From Candidatus Poribacteria bacterium (lineage in GTDB: Bacteria > Poribacteria > WGA-4E > WGA-3G): a DNA stretch of 64,000 bases. This document shows positions 49,436 to 58,634 of this stretch, one piece after another; positions within the stretch are counted from its first letter, which is position 1; each line of letters starts with the position of its first letter. The notes under the pieces are model-generated. The model had not been told where the DNA came from and made no database searches. It saw only the letters and a program-made list of their open reading frames with translations. Where the stretch lies: positions 224,001 to 288,000 of the forward strand of contig CAXXUA010000015.1 of NCBI GenBank assembly GCA_963663765.2. Direction: 5' to 3'. The position numbers were made by a program, and so were the translations under genes.

Positions 49436-49476
49436 TAATATATTATTGTCAAATTCAATCTGACAATAATATATTA
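49436..49476. promoter_or_regulatory. Perfect 16-bp inverted repeat in a divergent promoter region
   Basis: TAATATATTATTGTCA-N9-TGACAATAATATATTA. Confidence 0.5.
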
Positions 49477-49538
49477 CCATAAAAGGTTTAAGAGTGTCAA
49501 ATTCATGTAGATAGTATCAGTTTGAAAGGGAGGTCTTA

Positions 49539-50108
49539 ATGTTCGATCAGGTATTACAAGAGGTAGAATCACAGTGTAGAGAACAGCGGATTCCTATGTT
49601 GGGTCCGGAAAAAGCGAAATTTCTCGCTGAGAGTGTCAGGAAGGCAAAACCGTCTCTGATTGTTGAATGTGGAACAGCAATCGGTTATTCTGGAATGTGG
49701 ATGTTACGGGAGTTAAAAGCTGCTGGTTCTGGACGTGTAATTACAATTGAAATAAACGTTGACCGTGCAGAACAAGCACGCGGGAATTTTGAACGAGCAG
49801 GGGTTGCTGAACTCATAGATTCTCGTATCGGTGATGCACAAGAAATACTAAAAACTATCAACGATCCAGTGGATTTCCTATTTCTTGACAACAACTTTGA
49901 TAACTATTATCCATGTTTTCAGGTCATAGAACAACAACTGACGAATCCTGCTACAGTATTGGCAGATAACGTTGGAATCGGTGCAGATGCCATGGCGGAT
50001 TATCTTGAACATGTCCGCAAAAACTATGTTTCGGAAACACATTGGTTTGATATTGATCTACCTTGGGTTAAAAAGGATGCAATTGAGGTAAGTATATACC
50101 GTCGTTAG
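49539..50108 (+). CDS. Class I SAM-dependent O-methyltransferase
   Basis: VECGTAIGYSG, ITIE, GDA, DFLFLD, ADN. Confidence 0.9.
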   Translation: MFDQVLQEVESQCREQRIPMLGPEKAKFLAESVRKAKPSLIVECGTAIGYSGMWMLRELKAAGSGRVITIEINVDRAEQARGNFERAGVAELIDSRIGDAQEILKTINDPVDFLFLDNNFDNYYPCFQVIEQQLTNPATVLADNVGIGADAMADYLEHVRKNYVSETHWFDIDLPWVKKDAIEVSIYRR

Positions 50109-50128
50109 GTTTTTTGTAAGGAGGACCT

Positions 50129-52831
50129 ATGACATACATTTTAAATAATGTCGCGAGATTAACTTCACCAGATGATAATGTTGCTATTGCAACGCAAAAA
50201 TTAGATGCAGGTTTAGATATACATCATAACAGCAAGAGTTTCAGTTTGTCCCATACAATTTTGGAGGGACATCGTTTTGCAATTCAACACATAGCAGAAG
50301 GAACTCCATTGCTTTCTTGGGGGTTACCATTTGGTTACGCTTCCTGTTCAATTGTTCCCGGTAATTATGTTTGCAATCAGAAGATGCTTGATTCGTTGTC
50401 AATAAGAAATTTGGATTTTGCATTGCCATCCACCCCAAACTTTACTGATTCTATGCAACCCTATCGTATTGATGAAACTAAGTTTCGTGCGGGTAGACAG
50501 GTAGAACGTTATGCTGTTCAACGAAATTATATGGGGTTTCGACGGGAAGGTAATCGTGGTGTAGGAACACGGAACTACATTGTAGTAATGGGAACAACTG
50601 CACGAACCTCCAGTTTCGCTAGAAAACTTGCGGATAAATGTTCAGGTGATACCCAAAACTTATCCAATATAGATGGTATTGTTCCTGTTACGCATACTGA
50701 AGGTGGAGAGGGTATTACACCGAATAACATTGAGATGCTACTTCGGACGCTTGCTGGATTTACTGTACATCCAAATATCGGTGCTATTCTCTTAGTAGAC
50801 TACGGAACAGAAGCAGTCAATAACGACATCCTAAAGGAATATATGCTGCGGCAGGGATACGATCTTAACAATGTTATACATAATTTCTTTAGAATTGAAG
50901 GTAGTTATGACGACAACTTAGCGATTGGAACACAGATTATTTCTGGTTGGTTGGATCCTGTAAATAGCTTTACCCGTACTGAAGAGTCATTAGAAAACAT
51001 CAAGATTGCTTTGCAATGTGGTGGTTCAGATGCTTTTTCAGGTGTATCTGGTAATCCACTGGCAGCTTATGTCGCGAAGGAGGTAATCCGTTACGGTGGA
51101 TGTGCGAATCTTGCTGAGACAGATGAACTCATTGGTGCGGAAGCATATCTGCTTCAGAACGTTCGTGACTTACATACAGCGAAGAAGTTTCTTGATACCG
51201 TTGAGCAGTTTAAGGAACGTGTGGAGTGGCATGGACATTCAGCAGAAGGGAATCCATCTGGCGGAAACAATTTCAGAGGATTATATAACATTGCAATTAA
51301 GTCTATAGGTGCTGCAATGAAACGTCATCCTGATGTCTGTCTTGATTATGTCATAAATTACAGTGAGTTGATGGACAAACAGGGTTATTATTTTATGGAT
51401 AGTCCTGGCAACGATTTAGAAAGTATAGCAGGGCAAGTTGCATCTGGTTCAAATATGATTTACTTTGTCACTGGCAATGGTTCCATCACAAATTTCCCTT
51501 TTGTACCTACAATTAAAATCGTTACGACGACTGGACGGTATAAGATGCTTGAAAAAGATATGGATGTAAACGCTGGTGCGTATCTTGATGGAACACCCAT
51601 GGAACAACTCGGTGAAGAGATGCTTGATCTCACCGTGAATGTTTCCTCAGGGGAACGTTCAGTTGGAGAAAAAGCTGGACATTCTCAAGTTTCGTTGTGG
51701 CGTGATTGGAAACAGACAGCTATTATTGATCTATTACCAGTACTTGAAGAAACTAAGCTGATGTCGGGTGAACCAGTGCATATAGAACCTATAGATAACG
51801 AAGAGATTTCTACAAAAGATTATACTTTTCGTGCATTTCAAACACCAGATGGGTTTCGCAGTAATCAACTGGGTTTAATCTTACCAACAAGTCTCTGTTC
51901 AGGTCAAATTGCACAGATGATTGCAAATAGATGCAACAATCAACTCATTACTACATCGCAAGAAACTAGTGCATCAAGCATACAGAAACAGCATCAGATC
52001 ACACGTTTTGTGGCGCTTGCACATACAGAAGGTTGCGGCGTTTCAAGTGGACGCACGGAAGAGATTTACAACCGTACAATGATCGGACACTTGACACATC
52101 CAACAGTTGCACTCGGTCTGCTTCTTGAACACGGTTGCGAAAAAACACACAACGATCATGTTCTATATGAAATACAGAAATTGGGTATCTCACCAGAAAA
52201 GTTTGGATGGGCAAGTGTGCAAATGGATGGCGGTATTGATGCTGTTATAGAGAAGGTGCAAAGCTGGTTTGTGAATAAACTTGTAGAAAAACCTGCAATT
52301 CCCGTTGTTGATGCTGGAATGGAACATCTACGTATTGCTTTAACTTCAACCGGGGAGGTAACAGAACAGATTTCACAAGCTCTGATGCAAGTTCTAAATG
52401 TTATCGTCAATGCGGGAGGTACTGTCGTTGTCCCCGCAAATGCCACATTTCTTACAGATAATTTTGCATCTTTCCCAACCTTAGCTTATGGACAACGTGT
52501 TGAGAAAAAAGGTTTTCATATCATGGAAACACCTTCCAATCAACCGACAGAAACCTTGACTGGGTTAGGTGCGACTGGAGTTGAATTGGCATTAGCACAC
52601 ATTGTCGATGCACCGTTGCAGTCACATGTGATGGTGCCACTTCTTCAGATTACAACTGATTTGCCAACACAAACACGGTTTGAAGCAGATATGGACTTAA
52701 CATCGGTTGATACTGAACAAGTGTTGAATTTAATTATGTCAACTGCATCACGACAGTATACCCCAAAGTTACACGGAAAAGGTAATACTGATTTTCAATT
52801 GACACGTGGTCTGTTAGGTGTTTCAATGTAA
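50129..52831 (+). CDS. UxaA/GarD-family dehydratase (SAF domain plus duplicated dehydratase domains)
   Basis: DDNVAIA, GHRFA, VGTRNY, HTEG, QCGGSDAFSG, GNPSGGN; a second, degenerate module ALAHTEGCG...LLLEHGCEK in the C-terminal third. Confidence 0.88.
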   Translation: MTYILNNVARLTSPDDNVAIATQKLDAGLDIHHNSKSFSLSHTILEGHRFAIQHIAEGTPLLSWGLPFGYASCSIVPGNYVCNQKMLDSLSIRNLDFALPSTPNFTDSMQPYRIDETKFRAGRQVERYAVQRNYMGFRREGNRGVGTRNYIVVMGTTARTSSFARKLADKCSGDTQNLSNIDGIVPVTHTEGGEGITPNNIEMLLRTLAGFTVHPNIGAILLVDYGTEAVNNDILKEYMLRQGYDLNNVIHNFFRIEGSYDDNLAIGTQIISGWLDPVNSFTRTEESLENIKIALQCGGSDAFSGVSGNPLAAYVAKEVIRYGGCANLAETDELIGAEAYLLQNVRDLHTAKKFLDTVEQFKERVEWHGHSAEGNPSGGNNFRGLYNIAIKSIGAAMKRHPDVCLDYVINYSELMDKQGYYFMDSPGNDLESIAGQVASGSNMIYFVTGNGSITNFPFVPTIKIVTTTGRYKMLEKDMDVNAGAYLDGTPMEQLGEEMLDLTVNVSSGERSVGEKAGHSQVSLWRDWKQTAIIDLLPVLEETKLMSGEPVHIEPIDNEEISTKDYTFRAFQTPDGFRSNQLGLILPTSLCSGQIAQMIANRCNNQLITTSQETSASSIQKQHQITRFVALAHTEGCGVSSGRTEEIYNRTMIGHLTHPTVALGLLLEHGCEKTHNDHVLYEIQKLGISPEKFGWASVQMDGGIDAVIEKVQSWFVNKLVEKPAIPVVDAGMEHLRIALTSTGEVTEQISQALMQVLNVIVNAGGTVVVPANATFLTDNFASFPTLAYGQRVEKKGFHIMETPSNQPTETLTGLGATGVELALAHIVDAPLQSHVMVPLLQITTDLPTQTRFEADMDLTSVDTEQVLNLIMSTASRQYTPKLHGKGNTDFQLTRGLLGVSM

Positions 52832-52883
52832 TCCAACATCACAGAAATTTACAATTCCTTTATATGACCTAGTATTTTATTTA

Positions 52884-53042
52884 CAGGACTTACGCAAAAA
52901 CGGTAGGCGGTGAATGCCTAAATGGCATTCATACCGTTGATTTGGTGCTTTGTAAGCGCGCTGGAAACCTATAAAAATGCTGATAATTATATCATTTTCA
53001 TCATTATTCTAGATTTAATTAAAAAATAATGTGTAACTCCTG
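52884..53042. mobile_element. MITE family A long variant, TSD ATTTA
   Basis: CAGGACTTACGCA...TGTGTAACTCCTG with ATTTA duplication. Confidence 0.88.
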
Positions 53043-53086
53043 ATTTAATCAATGTATATTAATGTATATTATAGGGAGAATGACAA

Positions 53087-53764
53087 ATGAGCTACAAAGC
53101 AATAGAATCAAAGTTTATCGCAACACCAGAAAAGGGTGAGGTTTCTTCACTGTTGATCAGACCTGAAAATGCAAAATGGATTTTAGTATTGGGACATGGA
53201 TCAGGTACGAACATGCGCAGTTCAACGCTCCAAACTATTGCCGAAAGATTAGCAGATATAGATTTTGCCACGTTCCGCTATCAGTTTCCATACATGGAAC
53301 GTGGCGGAGGCGGGAGAGAATCAGAGGCGGTTGCGTTGCAAACTGTCCGTTCTGCTGTAGCTGCTGCACATGAGGTTGCAAGCGACCTACCCATCTTTGT
53401 CGGTGGACATTCCTATAGTGGACGCATGTCCTCAATGTCCGCTGCGAAGGAACCTATTGAGCATGTCAAAGGTCTTGTGTTTTTTGCATTCCCGTTACAT
53501 CCTTCAGGTAGAGAAGGAATAGAACGTGCTGAGCATCTTAGTGATGTCACTATCCCAATGTTGTTTTTATCTGGAACTCGCGACAAGTTGGCAAAGCTTG
53601 AATTGTTAGAACCTGTATGCGAGAAACTTGGTGACATAGCAACGTTACATCTATTGGATACCGCTGATCACGGATTTAAAACGCTCAAACGTCGTAATAC
53701 GGAGGAAGACGTTTTTGTTGAAATGGCACGGGTCTTGAGTGAATGGGTGGAGAATCCGTATTAG
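53087..53764 (+). CDS. Alpha/beta hydrolase (KANSL3/Tex30-like)
   Basis: LGHGSG, GGHSYSGR, FPLHP, SGTRD, ADH. Confidence 0.88.
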   Translation: MSYKAIESKFIATPEKGEVSSLLIRPENAKWILVLGHGSGTNMRSSTLQTIAERLADIDFATFRYQFPYMERGGGGRESEAVALQTVRSAVAAAHEVASDLPIFVGGHSYSGRMSSMSAAKEPIEHVKGLVFFAFPLHPSGREGIERAEHLSDVTIPMLFLSGTRDKLAKLELLEPVCEKLGDIATLHLLDTADHGFKTLKRRNTEEDVFVEMARVLSEWVENPY

Positions 53765-54725
53765 TCACAGATGTCTCTTGCGAATTTAGAGTGCTAATTT
53801 CTTTGTCAGTGTGTCCATCTCGGATACTAATTGTTCCATTTTTGTCACCTACAGCAAAGGCAAAGATTACGTCAATACCGTTTTCTAAACTGACATGAGC
53901 ATCAGTTTCAAGATTCCACTTATCTGGAGTTGGAAGCTTCTCCATTTGTAGCCAAATCTTATATTTTTCAAGTTTAGGGATTGGCAGCTTTGGACTGTAT
54001 GTAGCAATTTGTTTGTTAGTAGTAATATCCCAAAGCCAAATGGTACCCCTCAAATTCTGAATCATCAACGTTTTGCTGTCGTTTAAGAATTTTAAAAACT
54101 TAAGTGATCCGCCTGGGATAATGTGTATTGATCCAGTTTCACCTTCGCTAAAAAAATCACCAATTCTCACATCTTGGTTAGCAGGAACAATGTGAGTAGA
54201 CCAAGTGCCATCAGAAAGAAATTTATATAACCTTGCAGGACTGATAGGCATTTTAATTGTCAGCAATTGTTCTCCTGTCTTTCCGTTCCAAATTCGGATT
54301 TTGGTATCATAACCGCTGCTTGCAATATAATTGCTGTCAGGCGAAAACTTAACGTTTGGAATAGCGTATTCGGTTTTATCTTCAAATCCTGTTAGCAGTG
54401 CGATTTCGGACTCTGTTTCAACATCAATAAGCCATACCCCTAAAGGTCCCGCAATTGCCAAACGAGTACTGTTGGGTGACAGCACCATATCAGTTACTGC
54501 ACCTTTCCCAAGTCTACGTTTTGCACCTTTCGGTAAATTCCACCGAGTATAATCTGCTTGATCATCTATGACTTGATTGGATTCTTGTACATTTTTTTCA
54601 CCTGTTTCAGACTGTGCTTCTAATCTGTTTTGACTGCTAATTCCAAACATTAGCACAATCAAAACTAAACAAAATGTACCTATAATCAACGGGTTCAAGG
54701 TAATTATATTTCTTACTTGTATCAT
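53685..54725 (-). CDS. WD40-repeat protein, probably C-terminally truncated
   Basis: RWNLPKGAKRRLGKG, FSPDSNYIASSGYDTKIRIWN, IWLWD. The last 80 bp overlap the convergent hydrolase gene. Confidence 0.75.
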   Translation of the reverse strand: MIQVRNIITLNPLIIGTFCLVLIVLMFGISSQNRLEAQSETGEKNVQESNQVIDDQADYTRWNLPKGAKRRLGKGAVTDMVLSPNSTRLAIAGPLGVWLIDVETESEIALLTGFEDKTEYAIPNVKFSPDSNYIASSGYDTKIRIWNGKTGEQLLTIKMPISPARLYKFLSDGTWSTHIVPANQDVRIGDFFSEGETGSIHIIPGGSLKFLKFLNDSKTLMIQNLRGTIWLWDITTNKQIATYSPKLPIPKLEKYKIWLQMEKLPTPDKWNLETDAHVSLENGIDVIFAFAVGDKNGTISIRDGHTDKEISTLNSQETSVTNTDSPPIHSRPVPFQQKRLPPYYDV

Positions 54726-54982
54726 TGACTCATCCTAATCTTGATTAGACTTTTCCAATAAAGTACTTTACAATATACTCAGACATACGACGTTAATTCC
54801 TGTGCATTATTTTATTGTAAAGCATCACTTAAGTCAATTAGAGTTTTATGTAGGAAATGGGGTGTGTAAAGTTATGGTTACGGGACGTAGGGGCGGGAGT
54901 CTCCCCGCCCGAACAGAAGTTTTACGCGGGCGAGGAAACCTCGCCCCATAGGCGTCAATTTAAGAAAAAAGTGTTGGTGTTT

Positions 54983-55061
54983 CTCTTGTGTTAGGGGTTT
55001 TCAACCCCGATTTGAGAGGAAAAGCGCGTAAAATCGGGGTTGAAAACCCCTAACACAAGAG
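54983..55061. repeat. 31-bp perfect stem-loop, copy 1
   Basis: CTCTTGTGTTAGGGGTTTTCAACCCCGATTT / AAATCGGGGTTGAAAACCCCTAACACAAGAG. Confidence 0.9.
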
Positions 55062-55089
55062 GTCAAAATCCTTAAATTGACGCTTATGG

Positions 55090-55715
55090 GGTGCGCTTAC
55101 AAAGCACTCCTACCAGCGGGGGCGCGGCTTACAAAGCATGCCTGCAGGTGGGGGTGAGGATGGCGCGCTTACAAAGCACGCCTGCAGGTGGGGGTGAGGA
55201 TGGCGCGCTTACAAGCACGCCTGCAGGTGGGGGGTGCGCTTACAAAGCACGCCTGCAAGAGGGATAAGAGGGGTGCGCTTACAAAGCACGCCTGCAGGTG
55301 GGGGGCGAGGATGGCGCGCTTACAAAGCACGCCTGCAAGGGAGTGCAGTTGAGGGGTGCGCTTACAAAGCACGCCTGCAGGTGGAGGGTGGGGATGGCGC
55401 GCTTACAAAGCACGCCTGCAGGTGGGGGGTGCGCTTACAAAGCACGCCTGCAAGAGGGATAAGAGGGGGGCGCTTACAAAGCATGCCTGCAGGTGGGGGG
55501 TGAGGATGGTGCGCTTACAAAGCACGCCTGCAGGTGGGGGTGAGGATGGCGCGCTTACAAGCACGCCTGCAGGTGGGGGGTGCGCTTACAAAGCACGCCT
55601 GCAAGGGAGTGTAGTTGAAGGGTGCGCTTACAAAGCACGCCTGCAGGTGGGGGGCGAGGATGGCGCGCTTACAAAGCACGCCTACCAGCAGGGGCGCGCT
55701 TACATAGCACGCCTA
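55090..55715. repeat. Array of 17 REP-like hairpins GG(T/C)GCGCTTACAAAGCACGCC separated by short recurring G-rich linkers
   Basis: 17 CTTACA cores counted, 31-42 bp apart. The unit is the same hairpin as in MITE A. Confidence 0.92.
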
Positions 55716-55716
55716 T

Positions 55717-55795
55717 CTCTTGTGTGAGGGGTTTTCAACCCCGATTTGAGAGGAAAAGCGCATAAAATCGGGGTTGAAAACCCCTCACACAAGAG
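55717..55795. repeat. 31-bp perfect stem-loop, copy 2, with a compensatory T-A to G-C change
   Basis: CTCTTGTGTGAGGGG...CCCCTCACACAAGAG. Confidence 0.9.
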
Positions 55796-56075
55796 GTGAA
55801 AATCCTTAAATTGACGCATATGGGGCGAGGAAACCTCGCCCCTACGATGTCCACAGTTCCGTAACGTCAAGTAAGCTTTAATAGAAACTGGACGGACTTC
55901 TTTTAAAATCTGGGTTTCTACAAAAACTTTACACACCCTAGGAAATGAAGCATTCTTGACAAAAAAGAAAAACATGTATAGAATCTCCATGAAAGAACTG
56001 GGATAGAGATTGAATTCAAATCAATAAGCTTTTATCTCCATGAGTCACACTGACTACATTAGAAAGGAACAGATT

Positions 56076-57422
56076 ATGATTCAAACAGCATATAGAGAAA
56101 AGTATCGTCCGCAATATCACTTCACACCGAAGACAAATTGGACCAACGATCCGAACGGTTTGATTTTCTACAAAGGTGAATATCATCTCTTTTTTCAGCA
56201 CAATCCATTCGGTATCAATTGGGGTAACATGACGTGGGGTCATGCCGTGAGTCCCGATCTTGTTCATTGGAAACAACTGCCCCACGCTATCCATCCTGAT
56301 GAACTTGGTACGATATTCTCAGGTTCTGGTGTTGTGGACTGGAACAATACTGGTGGTTTCCAGACTGGTGACGAGTCAGTGCTGGTTGTCTTCTATACGT
56401 CAGCAGGAAGTCATGCACCAGAGAAGGTGCCGTTTACACAGAGCATTGCATATAGCAACGACCGTGGACGCAGTTGGACGAAATATGAAGGTAATCCTGT
56501 GATTGAGCATATTGTTGCAAGCAACCGCGACCCGAAGGTAATCTGGCACGAACCTACACAAAAATGGGTGATGACACTTTTTCTTGATGGAAATGACTTT
56601 GCCTTTTTTGGTTCTACAAACCTAAAGGAATGGGAACGACTCTCAGACATTAAGATTCCAGATGGTGAATGTCCAGATATATTTGAACTTGCTGTTGATG
56701 ATGACCCTAATAATACCAAATGGGTATTCTGGGGTGCAGGTGGCAAGTATTATATCGGTGAATTTGATGAAACGACGTTCACACCAGATGGCGAAGCACT
56801 ACGAGCAGATTATGGCAGAAACTTTTATGCTGCACAGACTTGGAGTGACATTCCAGAATCTGATGGTCGTCGCATCCAAATTGCTTGGATGAACGGTAGC
56901 AATCCACCTGACATGCCTTTTAATCAGCAGATGAGTTTCCCGTGTGTTTTAACGCTTTGCACTACTTCAGATGGTATACGACTGTTTCGTGAACCTGTCG
57001 TAGAAATTGAGAACATCCATAACTATACACATGCATGGAGCAATGTTACCCTTAATCCTGATGAGAATCTTCTTGCTGGATTGACAGGTGAGTTGTTTGA
57101 TATTCGTGCTGAGATAGAACTCAATGATGCCACTGCTGTAGGGTTTAATATACGCGGTCAAGATGTCAGGTACGATGTTGCAGAAAAGCAGTTGACATTC
57201 CTTGAAAGGAGTGGCCCTCTCTCACCGCAAGATGGCAAAATCCAGTTGCAGATTTTGGTTGATCGTATTTCCATAGAAGCTTTTGGCAATGCTGGTGCAC
57301 TTTCTATGACATCATATTTTTTGCCAGATTTAGAGAACGCTGATATCAAGATTTATTCGGAGGGTGGTCCAGTGACTTTGACTTCGTTGAAGGTTCATGA
57401 ACTTAATTCATCGTGGGTGTAA
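56076..57422 (+). CDS. Glycoside hydrolase family 32 (levanase/beta-fructofuranosidase)
   Basis: WTNDPNG, HLFFQHNP, WGHAVS, FSGSG, RDPKV, ECPD, FYAAQTW. Confidence 0.95.
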   Translation: MIQTAYREKYRPQYHFTPKTNWTNDPNGLIFYKGEYHLFFQHNPFGINWGNMTWGHAVSPDLVHWKQLPHAIHPDELGTIFSGSGVVDWNNTGGFQTGDESVLVVFYTSAGSHAPEKVPFTQSIAYSNDRGRSWTKYEGNPVIEHIVASNRDPKVIWHEPTQKWVMTLFLDGNDFAFFGSTNLKEWERLSDIKIPDGECPDIFELAVDDDPNNTKWVFWGAGGKYYIGEFDETTFTPDGEALRADYGRNFYAAQTWSDIPESDGRRIQIAWMNGSNPPDMPFNQQMSFPCVLTLCTTSDGIRLFREPVVEIENIHNYTHAWSNVTLNPDENLLAGLTGELFDIRAEIELNDATAVGFNIRGQDVRYDVAEKQLTFLERSGPLSPQDGKIQLQILVDRISIEAFGNAGALSMTSYFLPDLENADIKIYSEGGPVTLTSLKVHELNSSWV

Positions 57423-57447
57423 TTAGTCATCAGTTTTGACAAATAGC

Positions 57448-57858
57448 CTATGAAAAAACCGTCGCTGTTAGGTTGCGTTTTCCACCATGATTACGGAATT
57501 CACACAGATAGATTCCCTGCCAAACACCTATATTTAGACTATGGTTAGTAATAGGGATGGAAACATCAAAGCCTACAAGCGACGCTTTGATATGTGCAGG
57601 CATGTCGTCATCACCTTCTATTGTGTGTTTATAGTATGCTTCACGTTCCTTGATGAGACGATCGAAACTATTTGCGAAATCCTCACGTACTGTGGGATCA
57701 GCATTTTCGTTGATTGTAAGTCCAGCTGATGTGTGCTTTAAAAAGAGATGGAGAATTCCTGTTTCTGGTAGATTCTCAAGCGATTTCACAATTTCGTCAG
57801 TGATTAGATAAAAACCACGTGGGTATTCAGGTAGGGTTATCTCAATTTGTTGGATCAT
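57448..57858 (-). CDS. yjbQ: YjbQ (UPF0047) family protein
   Basis: HTSAGLTINENADPTV, HTIEGDDDMPAHIK, GVWQGIYLCE. Confidence 0.92.
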   Translation of the reverse strand: MIQQIEITLPEYPRGFYLITDEIVKSLENLPETGILHLFLKHTSAGLTINENADPTVREDFANSFDRLIKEREAYYKHTIEGDDDMPAHIKASLVGFDVSIPITNHSLNIGVWQGIYLCEFRNHGGKRNLTATVFS

Positions 57859-58041
57859 TTGTGTGACTCCGAGACGGTAAAACCAATATTGATTTATGAT
57901 TTGGATCGTTACTAAATTCATGCAATCATAACACATTTCAGTGTAATTTCAAGGAAAATTGGTGATTGAACTGTTTGACAATTAAATTGTTGTAGGATAT
58001 AATAGTGTATCACTATAAGTTCTAATTATAGAGGTAATATT

Positions 58042-58352
58042 ATGGATAAACAGATTACTTATTGGTCAAAAAAACAAGGAATTGGAGAATCTTATACCTT
58101 CCAAATTCAAGAGAACGGTCAAGGATGGGTAGGATGGATACAAGAATATCCAGAAGTAAATGCAATGAAAAGAACGAGAGAAGAATTGTTAAGTACATTG
58201 GCAATTCAGTTTGGAAAAGTTTTAAAAGTATACGAGAAGCAAGAAAAATGTGGGATAAGCAATTTGAAGAAGACGTAAAAACTGGAAAACTTGACCGATT
58301 CGCTGAGGAAGCACTTGAAGATTTTAAAACGGACAGATGCGAAGAGATTTAA
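58042..58352 (+). pseudogene. Antitoxin (HicB-like N-terminus plus WDKQFEED..GKLD C-terminus), frameshifted
   Basis: Two overlapping ORFs carry the N-terminal part (GWVGWIQEYPEVNA..TREE) and the C-terminal part (WDKQFEEDVKTGKLDRFAEEAL). Confidence 0.7.
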
Positions 58353-58603
58353 GACATGTAAAAACCCAACGATTTAGGGTACTTTATAACGATCTTCCAA
58401 GTTATATCCAGCAAATTGCAGATAAGAATTTTCATCTCCTTAAACAGAATCCATGACATCCATCTCTAAACTTTAAGAAAGTTAATACATATTAGTCCGT
58501 AAGAGTAGGAATAAATTATCGTACACTTGCTTATGAAAAAGAAGGAACTTACTTCTGGTTTTGGATTGGAAAGCATGATGAATATATACGGTTAATACAA
58601 TAG
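58337..58603 (+). pseudogene. ParE/RelE-like toxin with two nonsense mutations
   Basis: MRRDLRHVKTQRFRVLYNDLPSYIQQIADKNFHLLKQNP*HPSLNFKKVNTY*SVRVGINYRTLA...FWFWIGKHDEYIRLIQ*. Confidence 0.82.
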
Positions 58604-58634
58604 TAATAAGTATTTCTGTTTTTCTCAATCCAGT

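Larger units (their letters stand above)
54860..55938. mobile_element. MITE family C composite element (1079 bp), perfect 9-bp TSD TAGGAAATG, containing a hairpin array
   Basis: GGGTGTGTAAAGTT...AACTTTACACACCC; TAGGAAATG at 54851-54859 and 55939-55947; no credible protein-coding ORF. Confidence 0.9.

Noticed and set aside
55090-55715. CRISPR array
   Set aside because: The spacers are only about 10-20 nt, G-rich and recur in a few types; the repeat equals a dispersed REP hairpin; no cas genes are in the window; the array sits inside a TSD-flanked MITE.
55169-55990. ORFs across the repeat array (RLQSTPA / ACFVSAP repeats)
   Set aside because: Translations of non-coding repeats; 1-nt indels between units show no frame conservation.
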